DNA of 64,000 nt, from assembly GCA_964563425.1 (NCBI GenBank), contig CAZLWY010000243.1, forward strand, positions 4,247-68,246. Direction: 5' to 3'. The notes under the pieces were generated by a model that worked only from the letters and a program-made list of their open reading frames with translations, made no database searches and was not told the origin of the DNA. Made by a program: the position numbers and the translations under genes. Positions within the stretch are counted from its first letter, which is position 1. The number at the start of each line of letters is the position of its first letter. Source of the stretch: an uncultured Acidobacteriaceae bacterium. Lineage in GTDB: Bacteria > Acidobacteriota > Terriglobia > Acidiferrales > UBA7541. Below are positions 9,632-17,312 of this stretch, piece by piece.

Positions 9632-9685
9632 CAACATTCCAACGTACTGCAATTCAACGTGCTGCCCGTCGATGGCGCTTGTTTG

Positions 9686-10831
9686 CTAGCCACCCGGAGC
9701 GGCGGCCTTCACGAGTTCGGCCGGCTTTGCCAGCGGCGGACGTTCGATCTCCATTTTCGCGTCCGGGCGGCGCCGGACCTGAACCGGCTCCGTTGAAACC
9801 GGACGGTTCGTCGTCGCTGACTTCAGCATGGCTTCGATGATGCGCACATCGGCGAGTCCTTCGCGGCCGGAAGGTTCGGGCTCTTTATGGTTGATCACGC
9901 AATCGGAAAAATAGACGAGTTCCGCGGCAAATTGATCGCGGCTCTTGAAAACCTTCTTGGTGGTGCGGTCGCCGATGGTGATCTCCGTCCTGAAGTCTCC
10001 CGTCATATCGTAGGCAGGCTCCATGCGTAAACTGCCTTTCGTTCCCACGACTTCGTAAACGGACCGGTCCGCGGCGCCGAAGCTCGAAGTGAAATAGGCG
10101 ACTCGATCTTCGGGGAACCGCATCAGCGCACTCGTCATCTCGGGAACTTCCTCGAATCGCTTGTCGCCGGAGTTCAAATTCCAGGCGAAGACTTCGGTGG
10201 GCTCGGCTTTGTACAAATAGCGCGCGGCGTTGATGCAATAGATGCCCATGTCGTAAATGGCGCCGCCTCCCACATCATTTTTCAGGCGCGAATTGCCGGG
10301 CTTCACCTGCTGCGAGAAGACGGAGGAAAAGATTCGGGGATCGCCGATTTTCCCGGAATGGATCGCGTCGATGGCGTGGAGATTTCCGGCCTCCAGATGC
10401 AGGCGGTAGGCGATCATCAGCCTTACGTCGGCTTTTTCGGCGGCTTCGATCATGGCCTCGCAGTCGGCTTCGTCGAGCGCCATCGGTTTTTCGCACAGGA
10501 CGTGCACGCCGGCCTGGGCGGCGGATTCGGCATAGGCGCGATGCATGTGATTCGGCAGTCCGATGTAGACCGCATCGATTTCTCCGCTCTTCAGGCAGTC
10601 GGCGTATTGCTCATAGGAATAGGTTTTCTTGACGCCGTACGTACGGGCGATTTTCTTTAGCTTTGCAGGGTCGCTCGAGACGAGTGCCGCGAGGTCGGAA
10701 TTTGGGCGCGCATGCTGGAATGCGGGTAGCAGCGCAGCTTGTGATATGTAACCCAGCCCCACGACTGCATACCGAACCTTGTTATCGTCATTCGATTTGT
10801 TTCTGCGGTTCGTTCCATTCGTTCGCGGCAC
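9686..10831 (-). CDS. Gfo/Idh/MocA-family NAD(P)-dependent oxidoreductase
   Basis: GTG at 10831 lies 5 nt after AAGGAG. Rossmann motif VRYAVVGLGYISQ. Family motif LCEKPMAL. Only the 3' 381 codons of the 635-aa track ORF look like protein. Confidence 0.85.
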   Translation of the reverse strand: MPRTNGTNRRNKSNDDNKVRYAVVGLGYISQAALLPAFQHARPNSDLAALVSSDPAKLKKIARTYGVKKTYSYEQYADCLKSGEIDAVYIGLPNHMHRAYAESAAQAGVHVLCEKPMALDEADCEAMIEAAEKADVRLMIAYRLHLEAGNLHAIDAIHSGKIGDPRIFSSVFSQQVKPGNSRLKNDVGGGAIYDMGIYCINAARYLYKAEPTEVFAWNLNSGDKRFEEVPEMTSALMRFPEDRVAYFTSSFGAADRSVYEVVGTKGSLRMEPAYDMTGDFRTEITIGDRTTKKVFKSRDQFAAELVYFSDCVINHKEPEPSGREGLADVRIIEAMLKSATTNRPVSTEPVQVRRRPDAKMEIERPPLAKPAELVKAAAPGG

Positions 10832-10911
10832 GTCGGCTCCTTGGGTTGCATCGCTGACACTACGCGCCTGAATTCGAAGCTGTCGATACAGCGAACGACG
10901 TAGAGGAGAGG

Positions 10912-11766
10912 TTAGGGACCCTTTCCGCCCACCACTTGCCCGTGCGCGAATGCGGCGACCAGCGAGACACCGCCGATAATATTTCCTATGAGCACCGGAA
11001 TCAGGAAATGCAACAAGTACCCGCTCCAGGAAAGCATTCCTGTGGCGACGGCGAAAAACATCACCGTCGATCCCGCCACGACGTGCGTCAGTCCGCCGAG
11101 GCCCACCAGATAGGTCAAAATGATGATGACAGCGATGCGCGAATGCTCCGCCGCCGGAAGCACCCACACCATCAGTGCGATCAGCCACCCTGCGAAAATT
11201 CCGCGAAGCAGCACAGTGCCGAAGGTGCGGCCCAAATGAGCTGCTGCGATGGTCACGAATGTTTGTCGCGTGTGCGCGTCGAAGACCGGCAGGTGTGCGA
11301 TCGAGAAGGCAAAAATGCACGTTCCCACCAGATTGGCCGCCAGCACGATGCCCCAAAGCCGCATGACGCGCAGAAGCATTTTGAGCGTCGTATCGAGCAG
11401 CAGCGGCAGAATCACCGTGAGGGTGTTCTCGGTGAAAAGCTGCTGGCGCCCCAGGATGACAATCAGGAAGCCGATGCTGTAGCCGGCTCGGGAGATCAGC
11501 GGCACCCACGGCTCGTTCGGTAAATACGTGGTCAGCAGCGCCTCCGCGACAAAGGAAAATCCCATCGAAAGGCCCGCGGCGAAGGCCGACCATGCCAGAG
11601 CGGCGGGCGGCCGGTGAAGCTCGTCGTCGCCTTCGCGGCGAATCGCCTCGTACACCACGTTCGCGCCGATGGCGACGCGCTCCTCCACTTGCTTCTGTTC
11701 GGCACGTGTTGAGATCGTTACGCCGTCAGGCGCCGTGCCTTTGGCCTTTTCTGTTTTCTCTTTCAT
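10912..11766 (-). CDS. formate/nitrite transporter (FNT) family channel, YfdC-like
   Basis: 284 aa, six hydrophobic segments, GRQQLFTENT motif, charged N-terminal cytoplasmic extension. Confidence 0.8.
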   Translation of the reverse strand: MKEKTEKAKGTAPDGVTISTRAEQKQVEERVAIGANVVYEAIRREGDDELHRPPAALAWSAFAAGLSMGFSFVAEALLTTYLPNEPWVPLISRAGYSIGFLIVILGRQQLFTENTLTVILPLLLDTTLKMLLRVMRLWGIVLAANLVGTCIFAFSIAHLPVFDAHTRQTFVTIAAAHLGRTFGTVLLRGIFAGWLIALMVWVLPAAEHSRIAVIIILTYLVGLGGLTHVVAGSTVMFFAVATGMLSWSGYLLHFLIPVLIGNIIGGVSLVAAFAHGQVVGGKGP

Positions 11767-11879
11767 GGTGTGTCCTTGGAGCCTACTGTTGCGGTATAGT
11801 CCCGCAAATACCCGAAAGCACTGATTGTAATCGGCAGGTTCGAGCGATCATACATATCACCGGGAGGCTTGCGAGCGCG

Positions 11880-12314
11880 ATGTCCGAGGAGGTTCAACTG
11901 GAAATTCCGAGCGATATCAATTCGATTGCTGCAGCGGTCGATAAGATCGTCGCGCGGATCCGCGAGTCGCAATGCCTCGCCGGCAGGGAGCCGGACGTGG
12001 AGGTGGCGCTGTTCGAGGCGCTCGCAAACGCCGTGATCCACGGCAATCACGAGCAGAAATCGAAAAGCGTGCGGATTTCCTGCCGCGTTGAGCCGAGCCA
12101 TCGCGTCTCGATCGTCGTCCGCGACCAAGGCGCGGGTTTCGATCCCGGCGCAGTACCCGACCCAACGAGCCCGGAAAACCTCGGTGCCGAACATGGCCGC
12201 GGGATCCTGATGATGAAGGCGTTTATGGACGAAGTTCACTTCGAAAAGGGCGGGACCGAAGTGCACATGGTGAAGAATTGCGATCGTCCCGTGCTCAAGA
12301 AGGCTGCGTCGTGA
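11880..12314 (+). CDS. RsbW/SpoIIAB-like anti-sigma-factor serine kinase (HATPase_c_2)
   Basis: ATG at 11880 (MSEEVQLEIPSD). N box FEALANAVIHGN, G1 box RDQGAGFD, G2 box GRGILMM. 144 aa. Confidence 0.7.
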   Translation: MSEEVQLEIPSDINSIAAAVDKIVARIRESQCLAGREPDVEVALFEALANAVIHGNHEQKSKSVRISCRVEPSHRVSIVVRDQGAGFDPGAVPDPTSPENLGAEHGRGILMMKAFMDEVHFEKGGTEVHMVKNCDRPVLKKAAS

Positions 12315-12419
12315 CCTCCCCGTCCGAGGATCCCGAAGCGGCAGTCGCGCACCCCTTGTTCGCCGCCTAGTCCCGTTCTCCGAATAACGTCGCGTAGACC
12401 ACTCCGGCCGGCGCCTGAA

Positions 12420-12450
12420 GGCGCCGAAAAACCCAGCGGCGGCGCGTTTT
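12420..12450 (+). terminator. possible intrinsic terminator (GC stem + T5)
   Basis: GCGCCG (12420-12425) pairs with CGGCGC (12439-12444) and is followed by GTTTTT. It overlaps an alternative hairpin CGGCGCC-TGAA-GGCGCCG at 12408-12425. Confidence 0.3.
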
Positions 12451-12610
12451 TGGAGCGTCATCTTTCGCCCCCGAGAACGAGATGGACTCTGATGGACAAT
12501 CTACGACTTGAGAAAGGGGCCCGTTGCTCCGGGATGCTATCACCCGTTGCGGACTTTTTGATTTTGGTCGGTGTATATTTTCAGTTGAGACCCGGCACGA
12601 GTTCGACCCG

Positions 12611-13294
12611 ATGCGCATCCTGATCGTCGAAGACGAGGAAAAAATGGCCCGCGCGCTTCGCACCGGCCTGGAGGCGGATCAGTTTTCCGTCAGCGTGGCG
12701 CACACGGGGGAAGACGGCTTTTTCCTCGCATCGACGGAGCCGTTCGATTTGGTGATCCTCGACTTGATGCTTCCAAGGCGTGACGGAATGGAAGTCCTCG
12801 TCGCGCTCCGGCGAAAGAACGTGACCGTCCCGGTGTTGATTCTCACCTCGAAGGACACCGTGAAAGATCGCGTGCGCGGCCTCGATGCGGGCGCGGACGA
12901 TTATCTCGTGAAGCCGTTCGCGTTTTCCGAGCTACTGGCTCGCGTTCGCGCGCTGCTGCGCCGCGGGAGATCCGATTCCGGCGACAAATTGCGGCTGGCG
13001 GATCTCGAGATCGACGCCGCCGGGCGCAAAGCCTCGCGCGCCGGCAGTGAATTGGCGCTGACCGCGCGCGAATTCGATCTGCTGGAATATCTGCTACGCC
13101 AGCAGGGCTCGGTAGTTTCCCGCGAGGTGCTGGCGCGCGACGTGTGGCAGGAAACGCAACGTTACACGCCGCTCGACAACGTGATCGACGTCCACATCGC
13201 GCACCTGCGAAAAAAATTGGACGAGCCATTCAAGAAAAAACTTCTGCACACCGTACGCGGCGTCGGATTCGTACTGCGCGAGGAAGCTCCGTGA
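12611..13294 (+). CDS. OmpR-family response regulator (CusR/CopR-like)
   Basis: MRILIVEDEEKMARAL.., DLVILDLMLPRRDG, LILTSKD, YLVKPF. C-terminal winged-helix region (LTAREFDLLEYLL.., TVRGVGFVL). Confidence 0.95.
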   Translation: MRILIVEDEEKMARALRTGLEADQFSVSVAHTGEDGFFLASTEPFDLVILDLMLPRRDGMEVLVALRRKNVTVPVLILTSKDTVKDRVRGLDAGADDYLVKPFAFSELLARVRALLRRGRSDSGDKLRLADLEIDAAGRKASRAGSELALTAREFDLLEYLLRQQGSVVSREVLARDVWQETQRYTPLDNVIDVHIAHLRKKLDEPFKKKLLHTVRGVGFVLREEAP

Positions 13295-14724
13295 ACGTTC
13301 CCGCTCCCCGCGGCCTTAGGACTCGACTGACGCTGTGGCACGTGGGCCTGCTGGCCTGCGTTCTGGCCGTATATTTCGCCGGTGTCGGACTCCTGCTTTT
13401 CTGGCAGGCGGGCACCATCCTGAAAAGCATTGCGGCCGAAGATCTCGAAACGGTGAAAGGCCTGCTGTACGTCGCCGACGACGGACAAGTGGGCGTGCGC
13501 GAGGATTACCACCACCACACCGATTGGAAACAGGTGCAGGAAAGGCTGCTCGAGGTTCTGGGACCCGATGGCTCGATTCTTTACCGCAACGAGCGCCTGG
13601 GCGATCGCACACTCGGCGGCGCGCCATTTGCCGGGGAAGGAGAAAAGGGATATTCGGGCCGCACGGAGCGGCTTTCCGACGGCACGCGGGTGATCTTGAT
13701 CAGCCGCAAATACGACTTGCAGGGCCGCACGGTTTTGATCCGCGTGGGCTACAGCCAGGATTTGATCTGGAACCAGGTGAAGCAGACGCTGCTGATTCTA
13801 CTGCTGGTTTCACCGGTTGTGTTGGCTGGGGCGGCGTGGGCCGGATACCGCATTGTCGGGCATGCGCTCGATCCCGTGAGCAAAATGGCACATCGCGCCG
13901 AGGAAATTAATTCCGAGCGGCTGAACGAGCGTTTGCCGGTCGACAATCCCGATGATGAGCTGGGCCACCTCGCGACGGTGTTCAACGCAATGCTTTCGCG
14001 GATCGCACAATCCTTCGAACAGTTGCAGCGATTCACCGCGGATGCTTCCCACGAATTGCGCACGCCCTTGGCGGCGATTCGTAGCATCGGCGAAGTGCGA
14101 CTCCAGGAAAACGCCACTCCCGAGGAGTATCGCGACACGATCGGAAGCATGCTCGAAGAAGTGAACCGGCTCGCGAGCATCGTCGACAGCCTGCTGACGC
14201 TGTCGCGCGCGGATGCCGGGCAGATTCGCGTGCAGGTGTCGGTCTTTCCGCTCGTCGCGCTGGTGCGCGAAGCGGCAGCGCTTTTGGAAGTGCTGATCGA
14301 GGACAAAAACTTGACCTTCACTCTGACGGGCGACGAAAGCGTCGGCGCACAGGCCGACCGCCTCTACGTCCGCCAAGCCGTGGTCAACGTCCTTCACAAC
14401 GCGGTGAAATTCACGCCCGCCGGTGGATCGATCGCGGCGAGGGTGGAATGCCGCGGCGATTCGAGCGTGGAGCTTTCGGTCACCGACACCGGACCGGGAA
14501 TTCCGCCGGAGCACGCCGCGAAGGTCTTCGAGCGATTCTACCGCGCCGACGAATCCCGTGCGGGGCGCGATCGCGGCGGCGACATGGGCGCTGGCCTGGG
14601 GCTTTCGGTCGCGCAATGGGCCGTTCGCGCGAACAATGGCGAAATCGGAGTTCGCAGCGCACCCGGGGCCGGATCGACGTTTTGGATTCTATTGCCGGCG
14701 GTGGGCTGCGCCGCCAAGTCCTAG
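13291..14724 (+). CDS. sensor histidine kinase (CusS/HAMP-HisKA type)
   Basis: GTG at 13291 overlaps the regulator stop (GTGA). Two TM segments flank a periplasmic domain. HAMP region present. H-box FTADASHELRTPLAAI. ATPase boxes (NAVKFTP, DTGPGIP, GAGLGLS). Confidence 0.9.
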   Translation: MNVPAPRGLRTRLTLWHVGLLACVLAVYFAGVGLLLFWQAGTILKSIAAEDLETVKGLLYVADDGQVGVREDYHHHTDWKQVQERLLEVLGPDGSILYRNERLGDRTLGGAPFAGEGEKGYSGRTERLSDGTRVILISRKYDLQGRTVLIRVGYSQDLIWNQVKQTLLILLLVSPVVLAGAAWAGYRIVGHALDPVSKMAHRAEEINSERLNERLPVDNPDDELGHLATVFNAMLSRIAQSFEQLQRFTADASHELRTPLAAIRSIGEVRLQENATPEEYRDTIGSMLEEVNRLASIVDSLLTLSRADAGQIRVQVSVFPLVALVREAAALLEVLIEDKNLTFTLTGDESVGAQADRLYVRQAVVNVLHNAVKFTPAGGSIAARVECRGDSSVELSVTDTGPGIPPEHAAKVFERFYRADESRAGRDRGGDMGAGLGLSVAQWAVRANNGEIGVRSAPGAGSTFWILLPAVGCAAKS

Positions 14725-14806
14725 TCCCGCCGGACCTTCCGGCCTTCAGCAAATCTTCAGAATCTCTTCAGTACAACTCCCGCCCAAGCGGTCATAGCGT
14801 TGAATC

Positions 14807-15325
14807 GTGAAGCTCATGAAACAGGCGCTGGCAATCGCAATATCGCTACTCGCGCCCCTCGCCGTCGCGACGCAGGCCTCTGCGAACACCGCGGCAAAAA
14901 TCGATTCGATTCCTTATGAATACATGCTGGTGAACAGCATCACCAATCGCGAACCGGTCTCGGTATCAAGCTATCACTTCGAGGTGGAGCCCGAAACGGG
15001 TCGTGCCCGCGTGGTCGTGGAATACACCTATCCCGATCAAATGATTTACGGGGGCGACGACCCTCTCCGCGGTCCGCAGCCGAGCTTCGCCCAGATTCCC
15101 GGCTTGAAATATGACCCAGCGGCGCACGCCGTGATTTACGACGCAGAGGGCACCAAGGCCGTGTGCGCGAACGTGACCGAGCGCCCGAGCCTTTTCGGCC
15201 GACATCGGAAGGTGACCAACACCGGCGCATGTTCCGTTCTGGCGGTGCCGAGCATCCACACAGTAGACACCGGATGGAAGCTCATCCGTGTGCGGGCCCT
15301 GGATACATTTCTGGAGGTTCGCTAG
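14807..15325 (+). CDS. exported hypothetical protein
   Basis: Signal peptide (ALAIAISLLAPLAVATQASA). 172 aa, two Cys, no family recognised. An alternative ATG start lies at 14816. Confidence 0.6.
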   Translation: MKLMKQALAIAISLLAPLAVATQASANTAAKIDSIPYEYMLVNSITNREPVSVSSYHFEVEPETGRARVVVEYTYPDQMIYGGDDPLRGPQPSFAQIPGLKYDPAAHAVIYDAEGTKAVCANVTERPSLFGRHRKVTNTGACSVLAVPSIHTVDTGWKLIRVRALDTFLEVR

Positions 15326-15349
15326 GACTTCCTGGCGACGAGACCCGCC

Positions 15350-16072
15350 ATGACGCGAGCCTTGAAACCCGCTCAATTGGAACCGTTTCGCAGCCTGACG
15401 ACCTGCCTCGTCGCCAGCGCCGTGGAAACGTTCCGGGTCCGTTTGCCCAATACGGGCTTTGCCGATTCGAGTATTCGCTGCATTTTTCAGGATCAGCCCG
15501 CGATGGCGGGCTATGCCGTTACGGCCCACATGCGTAGTTCGAACCCTCGGATGGAATCGTCGAAATCATACGACTACTACGACCGTACCGACTGGTGGAA
15601 CAACATTCTGACGATTCCGGCGCCGCGCGTAGTGGTGATTGAGGACGTCGATGATCCGCCGGGCCGGGGAGCGTTCCTGGGCGAGGTGCACGCCAATATC
15701 CTGCTCGCGCTCGGCTGCGTGGGCATCGTGACGAACGGCGCCGTACGCGATCTTCCCGATATTCACCCCACGGAATTTCAGATGTTTGCGGGCAACGTCT
15801 CCGTGTCGCATGCCTACTCGCACGTGTTTGATTTCGGGAACGTGGTCGAGGTCGGCGGCCTGGCCATTCGGCCGGGCGATCTGATTCACGGCGACCTTCA
15901 CGGCGTGCAAACAGTTCCGCTTGAAATTGCCGATAAAGTTCCCGGGGTGGCCCGGGAGATTCGCCAGCGCCGGCAAGATTTGGTCGGACTGCGGCGCTCC
16001 GCCGGCTTCACGCTGGAAAAACTTCGCCAAGCGATCCGTGACACAGCCTTCCTTACGCAAGAGACGAAATGA
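15350..16072 (+). CDS. RraA-family protein (RraA / HMG-CHA aldolase / oxaloacetate decarboxylase fold)
   Basis: GAFLGEVHANILLALGCVGIVTNGAVRDLPDI and GDLIHGDLHGV match the RraA-family core. Its stop overlaps the start of the efflux adaptor gene (ATGA at 16069-16072). Confidence 0.75.
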   Translation: MTRALKPAQLEPFRSLTTCLVASAVETFRVRLPNTGFADSSIRCIFQDQPAMAGYAVTAHMRSSNPRMESSKSYDYYDRTDWWNNILTIPAPRVVVIEDVDDPPGRGAFLGEVHANILLALGCVGIVTNGAVRDLPDIHPTEFQMFAGNVSVSHAYSHVFDFGNVVEVGGLAIRPGDLIHGDLHGVQTVPLEIADKVPGVAREIRQRRQDLVGLRRSAGFTLEKLRQAIRDTAFLTQETK

Positions 16073-17304
16073 AAATACTCCCCGCAGCGGTTCAAACCTG
16101 CCGTACCTGGTTGCCCGCGTTGTTTGGTATGGCGTGCTGCCTGGCGGCCGGCTGCGGCTCGAGCCGCAAGCCGGCTGATGAGGCGGCCAATGCGCCGGTC
16201 GCTCCCGTCGTCACCTCCCATCGCGAAAATCTGACGAGCCAGCTGAGCATCGCCGCGGAATTCCAGCCCTATCAGGAAGTCAATGTGTACGCCAAGGTTT
16301 CCGGCTACATCCAGAAGCTGGACGTCGATTGGGGCGCGCATGTCAGACAGGGTCAGCTCCTCGCGGTTCTTGAAATCCCCGAACTCGAGCAGCAGCTCCA
16401 GCAGGACGAAGCGAACACCAAGAAGAGCGCCGAGGACATTGAACGCGCGAAGGAAGAACTCAATCGCGCGACATCCGCATATGCCGTCGCGCACCTGACC
16501 TATTCGCGGCTTGCCGACGTGCAAAAGTCGCGGCCGGAGCTGGTGGCGCAGGAGGAGATCGACGTCGCTCAGGGCAAAGACCAGGAGGCGAGCGCCGGTG
16601 AATCTTCGGCGAGAGACGCACTGGCGGGCAGTGAGCAGGAGCTGGCGGCCTCCAAGGCGGCGATGGAAAAAGACCGGGCGCTGTTTGGATATTCCCGGAT
16701 CACCGCTCCGTTTGACGGTGTGGTCACCGAAATTGATGCCTATACCGGCGCGCTGCTGCCGGCCGGAACTTCGTCGAACAAGGGCGACCAGACGCTTTGC
16801 CATCTCTCGCAAAACAATCTGCTCCGCCTGGTGATTCCGGTGCCGGAGCGAGCCGTGGCGGACCTACACGTGGGCGAGCCGGTGACCGTCAGCCTCTCGT
16901 CGATCAACAAGACGTTTCCGGGGAAGGTCAGCCTCTTCTCCGGTCAAATCGACGAGCAGACGCGCACGATGCACACGGAAGTAGAGGTTCCCAATCCGGC
17001 CTATGAAATCGTTCCGGGAATGTACGCCACCGTTGAAATTCCATTGCACACGGTCCCGAACGCGCTGACCGTGCCGGTGCAGGCCGTGCAAACCTCGGGG
17101 GAAGCCACGGGGGCGGTGCTGGTTGTGGGCGCCGACAACCGTATCGAAAAGCGCGACGTGACCATCGGGGTCCAAAGCGCCACGGAGGTCGAGATTCTCT
17201 CCGGTCTTCGCGAGAACGAGCGCGTCATCTTTGGAGAGCAGTCGCAGTTCAAATCGGGGGAGCTCGTGAGTCCCAAGCCCATCACGCCCTCTGGAGCGGA
17301 ATAG
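16069..17304 (+). CDS. efflux RND periplasmic adaptor (MFP/HlyD family)
   Basis: Lipoprotein-like N-terminus (CCLAAGCGS). Barrel/hairpin motifs (VYAKVSGYIQKLDVDWGAHVRQGQLLAVLE; ITAPFDGVVTE). Confidence 0.9.
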   Translation: MKILPAAVQTCRTWLPALFGMACCLAAGCGSSRKPADEAANAPVAPVVTSHRENLTSQLSIAAEFQPYQEVNVYAKVSGYIQKLDVDWGAHVRQGQLLAVLEIPELEQQLQQDEANTKKSAEDIERAKEELNRATSAYAVAHLTYSRLADVQKSRPELVAQEEIDVAQGKDQEASAGESSARDALAGSEQELAASKAAMEKDRALFGYSRITAPFDGVVTEIDAYTGALLPAGTSSNKGDQTLCHLSQNNLLRLVIPVPERAVADLHVGEPVTVSLSSINKTFPGKVSLFSGQIDEQTRTMHTEVEVPNPAYEIVPGMYATVEIPLHTVPNALTVPVQAVQTSGEATGAVLVVGADNRIEKRDVTIGVQSATEVEILSGLRENERVIFGEQSQFKSGELVSPKPITPSGAE

Positions 17305-17312
17305 GCGATCGC

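Noticed and set aside
9686-11593. 635-aa ORF on the minus strand
   Set aside because: Only the last 381 codons (from GTG 10831, preceded by AAGGAG) look like a Gfo/Idh/MocA protein. The upstream part is Arg/Gly/Ala-rich nonsense and runs through the same-strand FNT gene (10912-11766) in a different reading frame.
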